Shown: positions 26,248 to 36,179 of the stretch, piece after piece
How positions within the stretch are numbered: position 1 is the first letter of the stretch
Layout: the number at the start of each line of letters is the position of its first letter
Source: Deltaproteobacteria bacterium GWA2_38_16
Lineage (GTDB): Bacteria > Bdellovibrionota > JACOXK01 > 2-02-FULL-40-11
Assembly: GCA_001797335.1 (NCBI GenBank)
Contig: MGPE01000006.1
Span: forward strand, 65,314-129,313
Length of the DNA stretch: 64,000 bases
Direction: 5' to 3'
Position numbers and translations under genes: made by a program
The notes under the pieces: model-generated
Told to the model about the DNA's origin: nothing
Databases searched by the model: none
The model's input: only the letters and a program-made list of their open reading frames with translations

Positions 26248-28230
26248 TTGATGTTTAAGCCAATTTTGTTTTGGCACCTGGGTTGCACTATTTATAAGTT
26301 AAGGTATCGCACAAAATCTTCCGATAAGCGTATTGAAATAAAAAGGGATCTTAAACTTGTTCATGAGATTTTAATGAGTAAATATTTAATGCGTGTAACA
26401 TTTAAACAACTCTTTTTGGCTCTTGGAATTACACTCTTTTGCCTAGCCAGCACTAAAGCTTTTTCCGAACCCAACACAGAACTCACCCCATCCGAAAAAG
26501 ATGCATTAGCAGAGTTGGGATTAACTCTGGAAGATTTAAATGCGGATTTAGGCCGACGAGCTCCAGCAGAGCTCACCCCTCCCACTCCAGCTCCCGCTCC
26601 AAAAACAACTTTAGAAGAAATGATTTCCGATGCAAATGAGGCTATTTCTGACGCCTTCTTCCCTTCAGAAGAAAAAAATGTCACCCCTGCGAAAGCAGGG
26701 ATCCAGAAATCTCAAGACAAAAAACCAGCAGGAGAGAGTATCCATGACCTTACTCCCCCAAAACCTTCTGACGAAGGAAAAAGTCAGGTTCGCTATGACT
26801 CAGAGAAACAAAAGAAAAATGTGTTAGCAGAAACTTTTCATGCAGATCCCCTAACCCGTCAACATAGAATGGAACTCCAAGAAAAAGCCGACACTCATCC
26901 TAAAAACTCAACGTCATCCCGGGTACAAAGCACGAGGGATCTCTTTATTCCTAAACCCGTTGAACCCAAAAAAGAAGAGCCCACTCAAATTACCTTAGGA
27001 CCCGTTTCTCTTCCCGAACAAAATTTAGTAAATCAACTTAAAGAATACGAAAATATCGTAAAGAATAAAGATCTTACCCAACAACAAACCCAAAATCTTT
27101 TGGATGAATATAAAAAATTACTTAACCTCCCTCAAAAAGAGGTGGCTCCCACAACACCGTCATCCCACTCGGGCTTCCCCGGAGGATCTTTTACCCGTGA
27201 ACAAGAACTGGCGCTAGAGTCTTTGTCTCGGCTTATTAATGACGAAAATCTCCAAAAACAAAAACCAGAACTTGTGTATAATGACATTATTAAAGGCCTC
27301 CTCGTTCCAAAAATGGACGATGCGGCTAAAAATCTAGATCTTCCTATCTACTCCAAGGTCGGAGAATCCATGGTATATGTCCACGATTATAAAGATCCCA
27401 AAGATTCTACTAAAGATGTCACTATCCCCGTCATTTATAAAGAAGAACATAAAAAACGAGATAAAGAATTAAGCAATAAAATCACTCAGCTTTTAGAGGA
27501 CATCGATGAAAGCATTATCGATGGCGTTTCCTCTGACCTCTTTGGAACCGTTGCAAAACTTGAAAAAGCCTCTCAATTTTTAGAAAACGATATACTCACT
27601 ACTGCTCGACTGAGACAAACCGATCCCCATTGGCTCTGGGAACGGTTTAAAAATGATGATGGTATTTTAACAGAAGATGAGCGCTTCTCAGCCGTACAAA
27701 TTATTGCCGAACTCATGGAAGAAGGAACCATCTCTCCTACTCCAGAAGAAAAGAAAAAAATGATGGCTTTTGTGGAAGAATATTTACGGAAATTTGAAGA
27801 AAAAAGCACAACTCTCGCTAGCGAAGAAAAAGAGTGTAAAGACAAAGAATCTTTAGAAAAGGATAAAGAAAGATTAGAAAGGGCGTTAGAAAGCTTTAGA
27901 GCCGTCGCCTCTCGACTTTCTTCTACCCACGCCCAGGCTTCTCGATCAAATATGGCGGATATGGAAAGGCTTGATCGGCTAGCTAATATTGTGAGGAGAG
28001 TGAGAGAAAGACTCATCGCAAGTTTAAAGAATATGCCTGATCATGACAGCCCAAACTGTGTCTTAACCAAAAAAGGCATCGCCTTTTGCGGGAACATCCT
28101 CGATACCATCCAAGCCACCCAATCCCTCCTCCAATCTTCACCATTGGAGACACAGAGAGAAAAAATTTCTAGTGAACATGCTCCTCAAAAAGACACTTCA
28201 AATGATAGGTCTGATTTTTTTAAAAAATAA
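26248..28230 (+). CDS. Large secreted coiled-coil / Pro-Glu-Lys-rich protein. The true start is probably an internal Met before the signal peptide (MSKYLMRVTFKQLFLALGITLFCLASTKA).
   Basis: Signal peptide, PAP/TPP low-complexity segments, heptad-rich charged C-terminal half. Confidence 0.45.
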   Translation: MMFKPILFWHLGCTIYKLRYRTKSSDKRIEIKRDLKLVHEILMSKYLMRVTFKQLFLALGITLFCLASTKAFSEPNTELTPSEKDALAELGLTLEDLNADLGRRAPAELTPPTPAPAPKTTLEEMISDANEAISDAFFPSEEKNVTPAKAGIQKSQDKKPAGESIHDLTPPKPSDEGKSQVRYDSEKQKKNVLAETFHADPLTRQHRMELQEKADTHPKNSTSSRVQSTRDLFIPKPVEPKKEEPTQITLGPVSLPEQNLVNQLKEYENIVKNKDLTQQQTQNLLDEYKKLLNLPQKEVAPTTPSSHSGFPGGSFTREQELALESLSRLINDENLQKQKPELVYNDIIKGLLVPKMDDAAKNLDLPIYSKVGESMVYVHDYKDPKDSTKDVTIPVIYKEEHKKRDKELSNKITQLLEDIDESIIDGVSSDLFGTVAKLEKASQFLENDILTTARLRQTDPHWLWERFKNDDGILTEDERFSAVQIIAELMEEGTISPTPEEKKKMMAFVEEYLRKFEEKSTTLASEEKECKDKESLEKDKERLERALESFRAVASRLSSTHAQASRSNMADMERLDRLANIVRRVRERLIASLKNMPDHDSPNCVLTKKGIAFCGNILDTIQATQSLLQSSPLETQREKISSEHAPQKDTSNDRSDFFKK

Positions 28231-28239
28231 ATAAATTTT

Positions 28240-28770
28240 TTATCGGGCTCGAGAAAGAATCTCTTGAAGTTTGGCTTTACCCAATACTACCTTTTCAAGG
28301 GCTTCTTGAAGCTTGGATGTATCTTCAAATCGCTGCTGCCAATTGGCAACATTTTGAGCATAGGCCTCAAGAATACCTATAGCTGAAGTAAAAAAATTAT
28401 TCCTAGCCTCTCTAATTGCTTGAATATCTGCTTCATCTAAACGTTCTAAATTATTATCATGACAAAACATGATAGCATCCAAAGGAGCGGAAGATTCATC
28501 AAGAAGCGCAGCAATATATATGGCATTGTCTTCAACCCCTTGGCGATTAAGACCACCTAGGTCTTCTTTTTTGACTGAGGTCATAAATTTTTGGATATTG
28601 GTTATATGTTTTTCATAAGCATTCCTTTGTCCAATAAGTATTGAGTAAAACAACGGATGATCTTGTTTTTTGGATGCTTGGGTTGGGTTTGAGAACAAGC
28701 ATAAAAGACCCAGTAATAAAATAGTGAGTTTTTTCATAACTTCATACCTCCCTAAAAACAAAAAAGGCAT
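28240..28770 (-). CDS. Secreted hypothetical protein
   Basis: Signal peptide MKKLTILLLGLLCLFSNPTQA. No recognisable domain. Confidence 0.4.
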   Translation of the reverse strand: MPFLFLGRYEVMKKLTILLLGLLCLFSNPTQASKKQDHPLFYSILIGQRNAYEKHITNIQKFMTSVKKEDLGGLNRQGVEDNAIYIAALLDESSAPLDAIMFCHDNNLERLDEADIQAIREARNNFFTSAIGILEAYAQNVANWQQRFEDTSKLQEALEKVVLGKAKLQEILSRAR

Positions 28771-28820
28771 TTTACACAGATTGTGTAAAACGCCCGGATA
28801 AGAAACTGATTAAGATTATA

Positions 28821-28853
28821 GCAGAACTTGATTAAAACTTCCAGAGTTTTTTC
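28821..28853. repeat. ~33-nt direct repeat, copy A (gcagaacttgattaaaacttccagagttttttc)
   Basis: Recurs at 30893-30927 with 3 mismatches. The two copies bracket the DUF4143 ATPase plus hicAB segment. Confidence 0.6.
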
Positions 28854-28963
28854 AAACAAATAGTACTGGATCCGGACCAAATTTTTTAATTAATTAAATA
28901 TATTGATCGTATCCAAAATTCTGTTATTGACTAAATCCTGAAAACGGCGTACATTTTAAGGAT

Positions 28964-30133
28964 ATGTTCAGAAGATTTTTATCCCCTTCAAATCATTCAA
29001 GTTTTTTCTTATTCGGAGCTCGTGGAACAGGCAAATCAACATGGCTTAAAAGCCATTTTTCACAAAAAAACATACTTTATTTCGATCTTTTGGATCCTGC
29101 CATTGAAAATCTATTTTTGACTCAACCACAACGCTTTAAAGAACAAATTCTTAACACACTTGGAAAGCAGCCAAAATTAGAATGGATCATTGTGGATGAA
29201 GTACAAAAGTGTCCAGCCCTGCTCAATTACGTACATATGTTGATTGAAGAGAAAAAGCTTAAGTTTGCCCTCAGTGGCTCTAGTGCCAGACGCCTAAAAC
29301 AAAAGGGGGTAAATTTGTTGGCAGGTAGAGCATTCATAGAACATCTCTTCCCACTAACACAGTGGGAGCTAGACGCTGATTTTGATCTACCCTCTATCTT
29401 AAGTTATGGGTCATTGCCACATGTATTTGACTTGCACCATCAACAGGAAAAAAAAGATTTTCTAAATGCGTATGCACTCACGTACGTTCAGAATGAAATT
29501 CAGGCTGAACAATGGATTCGCAAGCTAACCCCGTTTAGAAAATTTCTACCCATTGCTGCCCAAATGAATGGTAAAATTTTAAACTATCATAAAATTGAAA
29601 AAGACATCGGTGTAGATTGGAGTACAATAAAAAATTATTTTGATATTTTAGAGGATACACTTATGGGTTTTCAATTAGAAGGCTGGCATCAATCCGTTCG
29701 GAAACGACAACGACAGGCTCCTAAATTTTATTTTTTTGATATCGGTATCAAAAAAGCACTTGAAGGTTCTCTAGATCAAATACCCACCCCTGGGACCGGA
29801 TTTTATGGTGAATGTTTTGAACACTTTGTTATTTTAGAAATTTATAGACTTAACACACTCTTAAAAAAAGACTATACATTATCTTATCTTCGAACGAAAG
29901 ATGATGCTGAAATCGACATCATCATGAGTAAACCCGGAGTCCCTATACTTCTTATAGAAATCAAATCATCATCCAATATTACAGAATCGGATATCACAAA
30001 TTTATTAAACCTAGCTCGTGATATTCCAAATTCCAGGCCTTATGTTTTATGTCAAGAATCCATTCCTAGAAAAATAGGGCCTGTAGAAATTCTTCCCTGG
30101 AAACAAGGACTGGGAGAGATTGGGTTGACATGA
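28964..30133 (+). CDS. AAA+ ATPase of the DUF4143/COG1373 family (second copy in window)
   Basis: Walker A FGARGTGKST, Walker B IIVDEVQ, DUF4143-like C-terminus. Confidence 0.7.
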   Translation: MFRRFLSPSNHSSFFLFGARGTGKSTWLKSHFSQKNILYFDLLDPAIENLFLTQPQRFKEQILNTLGKQPKLEWIIVDEVQKCPALLNYVHMLIEEKKLKFALSGSSARRLKQKGVNLLAGRAFIEHLFPLTQWELDADFDLPSILSYGSLPHVFDLHHQQEKKDFLNAYALTYVQNEIQAEQWIRKLTPFRKFLPIAAQMNGKILNYHKIEKDIGVDWSTIKNYFDILEDTLMGFQLEGWHQSVRKRQRQAPKFYFFDIGIKKALEGSLDQIPTPGTGFYGECFEHFVILEIYRLNTLLKKDYTLSYLRTKDDAEIDIIMSKPGVPILLIEIKSSSNITESDITNLLNLARDIPNSRPYVLCQESIPRKIGPVEILPWKQGLGEIGLT

Positions 30134-30167
30134 AACGACTGTATCGATCTAAAACTGGCTGAGTATA
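30130..30167 (+). pseudogene. Internally deleted relic of the pspC 5' end (M-K-R-L-Y-R-S-K-T-G-stop)
   Basis: 26 nt (atgaaacgactgtatcgatctaaaac) plus a 10-nt block (ggctgagtat) are identical to the start of the pspC-domain gene at 32811. The intervening 34 nt are missing and the frame hits a stop at once. Its ATG overlaps the ATPase stop (ATGA). Confidence 0.6.
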
Positions 30168-30227
30168 ACGATATATCAGGACGAAAACTCCTTAAATATA
30201 GCGCCAAAACTTGACAATGCAACCTAT

Positions 30228-30446
30228 ATGTTGCATACTATGAAAGTGAAGGCTTTAAGACCCCGGGAGCTTATTAAAATAGCGCAATCTTATGGATGGA
30301 CGCATGTGAGAACTACAGGAAGTCATTGGATTATGGTAAAAAAAGGATATCGGTCAGTACCTATTCCAAACCATGCGAAAGAATTACCCCCAGGTTTTGT
30401 TAAGACTATCTTAAGACAATTAGGAATTAATCCTAAGGAGGTTTGA
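30228..30446 (+). CDS. hicA: HicA-family mRNA interferase toxin
   Basis: 72 aa, ..GWTHVRTTGSHWIMVKKGYRSVPIPNHAKELPPGFVKTILRQLGI matches the HicA/YcfA pattern. Confidence 0.7.
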   Translation: MLHTMKVKALRPRELIKIAQSYGWTHVRTTGSHWIMVKKGYRSVPIPNHAKELPPGFVKTILRQLGINPKEV

Positions 30447-30447
30447 A

Positions 30448-30879
30448 ATGATTTTTCATGCAAAAATAAAAAAAGAAGAAAAAGGGTATCAGATTCAATT
30501 TTTAGAATTACCCAATGTGGTTACTTATTGCGAAAATAAAGATGATATTAGAAAGATTGCCAGAGATGCACTTATTGGCTGTATTGAGGAAGACTTGGAT
30601 CGTTATTTAGATATTCCTTTACCCAAAAATATTAATTCAAGAAATATCATTTCTATTGCATTACCATTAAGTTTAAGTTGCTCAATTCTTTTTAGAAAAT
30701 TAAGAAAACAACGAGGTTGGACAACAGCAGAGGTAGCCAAAAAATTAGGGATCTCTAGACAGGCATATGAAAAATTAGAGTCTTCAAAGGCCAATCATTC
30801 TGCACAAACTATCGAAAGAGTTTTAAATGTTTTAGGAAAGGCTTGTGTAGATATAGAAATTGAGGAATTAGCAGCTTAG
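30448..30879 (+). CDS. hicB: HicB-family antitoxin with C-terminal XRE-type HTH
   Basis: N-terminal HicB fold (MIFHAKIKKEEKGYQIQFLELPNVVTYCEN..), C-terminal HTH (LRKQRGWTTAEVAKKLGISRQAYEKLE). Starts 2 nt after the hicA stop. Confidence 0.7.
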   Translation: MIFHAKIKKEEKGYQIQFLELPNVVTYCENKDDIRKIARDALIGCIEEDLDRYLDIPLPKNINSRNIISIALPLSLSCSILFRKLRKQRGWTTAEVAKKLGISRQAYEKLESSKANHSAQTIERVLNVLGKACVDIEIEELAA

Positions 30880-30892
30880 AAATAAAGCAAAA

Positions 30893-30927
30893 GCAGAACT
30901 TGATTAAAATTTCCAGTGATTTTTTTC
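30893..30927. repeat. ~33-nt direct repeat, copy B (gcagaacttgattaaaatttccagtgatttttttc)
   Basis: See 28821-28853. Confidence 0.6.
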
Positions 30928-31019
30928 TTACCATTTTTAAAAAATAACTTTAACTTGTAATTTCATAAAATTCTGCTATACTTTTACTCACTTTTAATCC
31001 GGGCATTTCTCAATACTTT

Positions 31020-31499
31020 ATGGGAAGTGCCCTTTTTATTTGGAGGCTATTTATGAACACTAATGGAATAAAAATATTAATTGTTTTAACACTTTCTTTT
31101 CTTTTGGTTGGATGCGCTACCATGTCTGATGTTTTAACATCAAAAGATAATGGAACTGCTAAGGTTTATCCTGTCAACGCAAACCAAGCTTGGACAATAG
31201 CAACAAAAGTTCTCCGCTGGGAAGGAGCCGATGCTATTGAAGAACATCGCGATGAAGGATATATGCTTGCAAACTCCAGTATGAATTTGATTACTACCGG
31301 AACACTGATGGGAGCTTGGGTAGAAAAAGTAGATAACAGCCATTCCAAAGTTACAGTTGTTACTAAAAGACGCATTGCTACAAATTTAGTTACGACATTA
31401 ACAGAAACAACTTTTCATGATCGATTTGCACAAGCAGTTGATATCGTAAAAAAAGGGCAACCCCTCCCTGCTACCTCACCACCAAGAGTTCAAAAATAA
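31020..31499 (+). CDS. Lipoprotein, function unknown (likely start MNTNGIKIL..)
   Basis: Lipobox LLVGCATM. Confidence 0.45.
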   Translation: MGSALFIWRLFMNTNGIKILIVLTLSFLLVGCATMSDVLTSKDNGTAKVYPVNANQAWTIATKVLRWEGADAIEEHRDEGYMLANSSMNLITTGTLMGAWVEKVDNSHSKVTVVTKRRIATNLVTTLTETTFHDRFAQAVDIVKKGQPLPATSPPRVQK

Positions 31500-31552
31500 T
31501 TTTCACACAAATTGTCATTGTTAGAAAACTTTAAAAAAGGAGAAGAAAAAAA

Positions 31553-32449
31553 ATGAATCAGATTGCACCACATCAAATACTTTATTTCATAGGAATAGCG
31601 GGCTTTGTTATCTTTGTTTTTTCTGGCTTTAGAATTGTTAGACCTATAGAACGGGGACTTGTTGAACGATTTGGAAAATACAAACGCTTTGCCACTCCTG
31701 GATTAAATTGGATTATTCCCGTTTTCGAACATATGTTTAAAGTCGATGTCACCGAAAATATGGTCGATGCCGCGGCTCAAGAAATCATCACAAAAGATAA
31801 TTTAAACGCACAAGTGGATGCCCAGCTCTATTACAAAGTAAAAATAGATGAAGAAAGCGTAAAAGCTTCACAATACAATGTTTCAAATTATGAAATACAA
31901 ATTGTAAGCCTAACTAGAACGACTTTAAGAAACATCGTAGGAACACTTTCATTAAAAGAAGCCAATGTTGAACGAAATAGAATCAATAAAGACTTAATGG
32001 AAACATTAAAAAAAGAAGTCTCTAATTGGGGGCTAGAAGTGGTAAGAGCTGAATTAAAAGAAATACAACCTCCTAAAGATGTTCAGACGACCATGAATCA
32101 AGTGGTAAAGGCTGAAAACGAAAAAATAGCCGCTATCGATTTTGCAACTGCAAAAGAAACTGAAGCGGATGGAATAAAAAGAGCTGAAATCAAAAAAGCC
32201 GAAGGAGAAGCAAAGGCCATTGTCATAAAAGCAGAAGCAGGAGCTCTTTCCATTCGGCTTTTAAACGAAGCAGCAGAAAAATATTTTGTAGGAAATGCAC
32301 AAAAATTAAAAGCCTATGAAGTCACAGAATCTTCTTTAAAAAACAACACAAAGATTCTTATTACAGAAAAAGGAATCCAACCTACAATTGTTCTAGGCTT
32401 AGGTTCCGAGGGAGACCAACATATTCTTCCTGTAAAACAACAACGTTAA
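31553..32449 (+). CDS. SPFH/Band-7 (stomatin/prohibitin-like) membrane protein
   Basis: N-terminal TM, then RIVRPIERGLVERFGKY..TPGLNWIIPVFE..ITKDNLNAQVDAQLYYKV, with a coiled-coil C-terminus. Confidence 0.75.
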   Translation: MNQIAPHQILYFIGIAGFVIFVFSGFRIVRPIERGLVERFGKYKRFATPGLNWIIPVFEHMFKVDVTENMVDAAAQEIITKDNLNAQVDAQLYYKVKIDEESVKASQYNVSNYEIQIVSLTRTTLRNIVGTLSLKEANVERNRINKDLMETLKKEVSNWGLEVVRAELKEIQPPKDVQTTMNQVVKAENEKIAAIDFATAKETEADGIKRAEIKKAEGEAKAIVIKAEAGALSIRLLNEAAEKYFVGNAQKLKAYEVTESSLKNNTKILITEKGIQPTIVLGLGSEGDQHILPVKQQR

Positions 32450-32477
32450 TTTTTATTCTAGAAGGAGGGTTTCTCAT

Positions 32478-32762
32478 ATGAAAAAAATTCTGATTAGATC
32501 TATTAATAAAGATAAGTTGGCAATATTATTTGCTGCTTTATCTGGAGTTTATGGAATTATCATTGCAGGTGTCGGATTAATAAATGGTATTTTGACTTTA
32601 GTTAAACACAACTATGAAGGCATTGTACCATCGCTAATAGCAGTAGGATTTGGGCTTATAATATACCCAGTCCTTGGTTATATTTCTGGCTTAGTTACAG
32701 CATCTATTTTTAATTATATCGGTGGCATCGACTTCGAAATCAATATCGAAGACAAAAAATAA
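32478..32762 (+). CDS. Small membrane protein (3 predicted TM), unknown
   Basis: Hydrophobic segments only. Confidence 0.35.
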   Translation: MKKILIRSINKDKLAILFAALSGVYGIIIAGVGLINGILTLVKHNYEGIVPSLIAVGFGLIIYPVLGYISGLVTASIFNYIGGIDFEINIEDKK

Positions 32763-32810
32763 ATAAGAACGTACCTTATTAAATTAAAATATATTTGGAT
32801 AAGCTAATTT

Positions 32811-33191
32811 ATGAAACGACTGTATCGATCTAAAACCAATAGAAAAATTGCTGGGATTTGTGGAGGGATGGCTGAGTATTTTGAATTAGATCCCGTACTC
32901 ATGAGAATGCTGTGGCTCTCTTTCATCATCATGGGGGCCCTGGTATACGTGCTTGGATGGATTATTATTCCTGAAAATCCAAGCTCTGAAACCACCCTAC
33001 CAGACTATAAAATCTTTGCGCGCTCTTCTCAACATAAAGTCCTAGGAGGCGTTTGTGGAGGACTGGGAGACTATTTCAATATGGATCCCGTCATTATCCG
33101 CATTCTCTTTCTCCTAATGATCTTTGGTCTGGGATGGGGACTTCTCCTTTATCTTTTACTTTGGATCTCAGCCCCTTTAAAACATTCATAA
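32811..33191 (+). CDS. Tandem PspC-domain membrane protein
   Basis: Two copies of the PspC signature: KIAGICGGMAEYFELDPVLMRM and KVLGGVCGGLGDYFNMDPVIIRI, each followed by a TM helix. Confidence 0.65.
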   Translation: MKRLYRSKTNRKIAGICGGMAEYFELDPVLMRMLWLSFIIMGALVYVLGWIIIPENPSSETTLPDYKIFARSSQHKVLGGVCGGLGDYFNMDPVIIRILFLLMIFGLGWGLLLYLLLWISAPLKHS

Positions 33192-33192
33192 T

Positions 33193-33627
33193 TCACCACT
33201 GCCTTAAAAGGACGGCCTGCTCTACAGCGATTTGGTGGAAAGGGTCTTGAGGAGGATTTATATCGATAATGAGAACATCTATTTTTTGCTCTCCCAGGTG
33301 TTTTTGAATCTCAAGAGAAAAAGGAATTCGTATTTTTTTTGCAGAACTTAAAATTTCCATAGGCACCCGCAATAATAAATCAATAAAGGATCCTCTAAAA
33401 CCAGGATCATGGATTAAAATTTTTACCCGTAAATATTTCATAAAATAAATATCTGAGGCTCGAGAAAATCGGGCCTCAAAACTTTCCCATTCTGCCAGCT
33501 GGCTTTCATTTAATTTATGGACATCCGTCCCCAATGTTTGAATATTATTAAAACTATACTTTAAATGTTGAATAGCTTTTTTAAGTTTTTCGGCGTGTAT
33601 TTCGGCTAATTTTTTATAATCCGTCAT
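33193..33627 (-). CDS. Hypothetical protein
   Basis: No confident domain assignment. ORF from the track. Confidence 0.35.
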   Translation of the reverse strand: MTDYKKLAEIHAEKLKKAIQHLKYSFNNIQTLGTDVHKLNESQLAEWESFEARFSRASDIYFMKYLRVKILIHDPGFRGSFIDLLLRVPMEILSSAKKIRIPFSLEIQKHLGEQKIDVLIIDINPPQDPFHQIAVEQAVLLRQW

Positions 33628-33807
33628 GTTCTAAAAATACTCACATAAATCAAAGCCCCCATCAAGACAAAAGGTTAGCTATTGAATTACTAAAATTAAA
33701 ACTTTTTTCACCTTCCAGTGGCTTTCTTCAGAAGACAAAGATAGCTAAAAATAAATGGAAATGGTTCTTGATACTGCTAGGTTCTTTTCTATATAATACA
33801 AAATATC

Positions 33808-34569
33808 ATGTACGAAAATAGAATTGAAGACATTGATAGACTCAAGAAAAAAATAGACAAACACCGCCCTCTGACACCTGCACAACTTTCTAAATTAAAG
33901 GAATATTATTGTATCGGATTAACGTATTCCAGCAATGCACTTGAAGGAAATTCTTTAACAGAAACGGAAACAAAAGTTGTTATTGAAGATGGGCTGACGA
34001 TCGGTGGAAAACCACTCAAGGATCATTATGAAGCTATTGGCCACGGCGAGGCATTTAATTTTCTTTATGGTTTATCCAAACAACAAACTATCTCAGAAAA
34101 AGACATCCTAAAACTTCATCATTTTTTTTATTACCGCATTGATGAAAAAAAGGCTGGTCAATATCGCACAGAAAAAGTAATTATCACAGGCACAGAGTTT
34201 ATCCCTCCTAAACCATCGCAAATTGGTTCTCTTATGCAAAGATTTATTGCAGACATCCCTAAATTAAAGAAAAAATATCATCCAGTTGAATTTGCGGCTC
34301 TTTTACATTTAGATTTTGTAACCATCCATCCATTCATAGATGGAAATGGAAGAACTGCTCGACTCCTCATGAATCTTGCGCTCCTTCAAAGTGGCTACTG
34401 CATTACCATTATCCCGCCCCTCCTAAGATCTGATTATATTAATAATATCAAGAAATCACAAGAAACCATCCACGCAACATTTAATGACAAAAAACCTTTT
34501 ATTTATTTTATTTCATCAATGGTTTATGAATCGATGAAAGAATATTCACGTTTATTAAAAGCCCTCTGA
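33808..34569 (+). CDS. Fic/Doc family protein (AMPylase-type)
   Basis: Canonical Fic motif HPFIDGNGRTARLLMNLALL. Confidence 0.8.
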   Translation: MYENRIEDIDRLKKKIDKHRPLTPAQLSKLKEYYCIGLTYSSNALEGNSLTETETKVVIEDGLTIGGKPLKDHYEAIGHGEAFNFLYGLSKQQTISEKDILKLHHFFYYRIDEKKAGQYRTEKVIITGTEFIPPKPSQIGSLMQRFIADIPKLKKKYHPVEFAALLHLDFVTIHPFIDGNGRTARLLMNLALLQSGYCITIIPPLLRSDYINNIKKSQETIHATFNDKKPFIYFISSMVYESMKEYSRLLKAL

Positions 34570-34675
34570 ATTTTTTTATTTAAAATCTAAATTTTATACT
34601 TTACACACCCCTTCTTCTTGCGGTAGCGTTTTTGGGAACAGATTCCCACTTTCATGGGAATGACGGGAGGTTCAT

Positions 34676-34987
34676 ATGAAAAAGATATTGGGTAGTGTTG
34701 TTATGGGTATCGTGCTTTTTGGCTCCATAAATCTTCTTGCAGCATCACAAATGAAATTAAATGATGATGCCTGCTACACCCTTTCACTGGCATCGATCAC
34801 TTATGATTCCATTCATCTCTATGGAAGAAATTTAAGCCTGGGCGACGATGACACCATTTATTTTAAAGAAGATGGAAAAATTGTAGGCTTGGCATCTAAA
34901 GCCATTGGGCATGTCATTATTGAAGCACCCGAAGAAAAGTGCCTGAACAGCAAAAAGCCCGCATTTAGTTCATTAAGATTAAAGTAA
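34676..34987 (+). CDS. Small secreted hypothetical protein
   Basis: Signal peptide MKKILGSVVMGIVLFGSINLLAAS. Confidence 0.4.
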   Translation: MKKILGSVVMGIVLFGSINLLAASQMKLNDDACYTLSLASITYDSIHLYGRNLSLGDDDTIYFKEDGKIVGLASKAIGHVIIEAPEEKCLNSKKPAFSSLRLK

Positions 34988-34988
34988 T

Positions 34989-36179
34989 TTATTCTAGCTG
35001 TTCTAAAGCTTTGTGAATTCTGGCAATGCCTTTTTGAATGTGATCTAAAGAGGCAGCATAGGAGAGTCGAATGCATTTATCGGCTCCAAACACATAGCCA
35101 GGAATGGTGGCCACCTTGGCTTCATCTAACAAATAAGTCGCTAAATCGTTAGAGCCTGTTATTTCTTTTCCTCGAAATTTAAGCCCATAATATTTAGACA
35201 CATCTGGGAATAAATAAAACGCACCCTGAGGAACAAAGCATTTTATCTTTTTAATTTTGGAAAGTTCTTGAAGGGCTAAATTTCTTCGCCCTTCAAATTC
35301 TTTGACCATAGCCTTTACACACGCCTGAGAACTGGTGAGCGCTTTTAGAGCAGCCTTTTGAGAAATGGAATTAATGCTAGAAGTTGCCTGACTTTGAATA
35401 ATAGCCATGGCTTTTAAAATTTCTTCGGAACCTACCGCATACCCCACCCGCCAACCTGTCATGGCATATGTTTTTGAGAGGGTATCAAAAATAATCGTCT
35501 TAGAAAAAAGTTTTTTAGAAAACTTGGCAATCGAATAAAATGTAAACCCGTCATACAAAAGTTTTGAATAGGCATCGTCGCTTAATACCCAAAGATCATG
35601 CTCTTCTAAAATACGAGCTAAGCTTTCTAATTCTTCTTTCGTATACACAGCCCCCGTAGGATTGGAGGGGGAATTTAAAATAATGGCTTTGGTTTTTGGA
35701 CGAATGGCTTTTTTAAGCTGTTCCGGAGTGATCTTAAAATTTTGTTTTTGAGTGGTTTGAATAATTTTTGGAATTCCTCCGGCGAGTTTTATCATCGGAG
35801 GATAAGAAAGCCAGTAGGGAGCTGGTACCAACACTTGATCGCCTTTATTTAACACGGCTTGAAAAAAATTATAAAGGGCTTGCTTGGAACCATTGCTAAC
35901 AACCACATTTTTAATTTCATAGTCCAACCCCAAATCTTCTTTTACACGCTCTACAATGGCTCGCCTTAATTCGGGAATTCCTTCAGCCGCTGTATATTTG
36001 GTAAATCCAGATTCAATAGCTTCAATCGCAGCTTGTTTAATGTGGGTAGGCGTATCAAAATCGGGCTCTCCAACAGTAAAGGAAACTACATCCACGCCCT
36101 GAGCTTTAAGTTCTTTGGCCTTGGCAGAAATTACCAGAGTTTCAGAAGCATTTACACCCTGAAGGCGCTCAGCAATCAT
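34989..36179 (-). CDS. aspC: Class I PLP-dependent aspartate/aromatic aminotransferase
   Basis: ..SPSNPTGAVYTKEEL.., PLP-Lys block FDTLSKTYAMTGWRVGY. Confidence 0.75.
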   Translation of the reverse strand: MIAERLQGVNASETLVISAKAKELKAQGVDVVSFTVGEPDFDTPTHIKQAAIEAIESGFTKYTAAEGIPELRRAIVERVKEDLGLDYEIKNVVVSNGSKQALYNFFQAVLNKGDQVLVPAPYWLSYPPMIKLAGGIPKIIQTTQKQNFKITPEQLKKAIRPKTKAIILNSPSNPTGAVYTKEELESLARILEEHDLWVLSDDAYSKLLYDGFTFYSIAKFSKKLFSKTIIFDTLSKTYAMTGWRVGYAVGSEEILKAMAIIQSQATSSINSISQKAALKALTSSQACVKAMVKEFEGRRNLALQELSKIKKIKCFVPQGAFYLFPDVSKYYGLKFRGKEITGSNDLATYLLDEAKVATIPGYVFGADKCIRLSYAASLDHIQKGIARIHKALEQLE

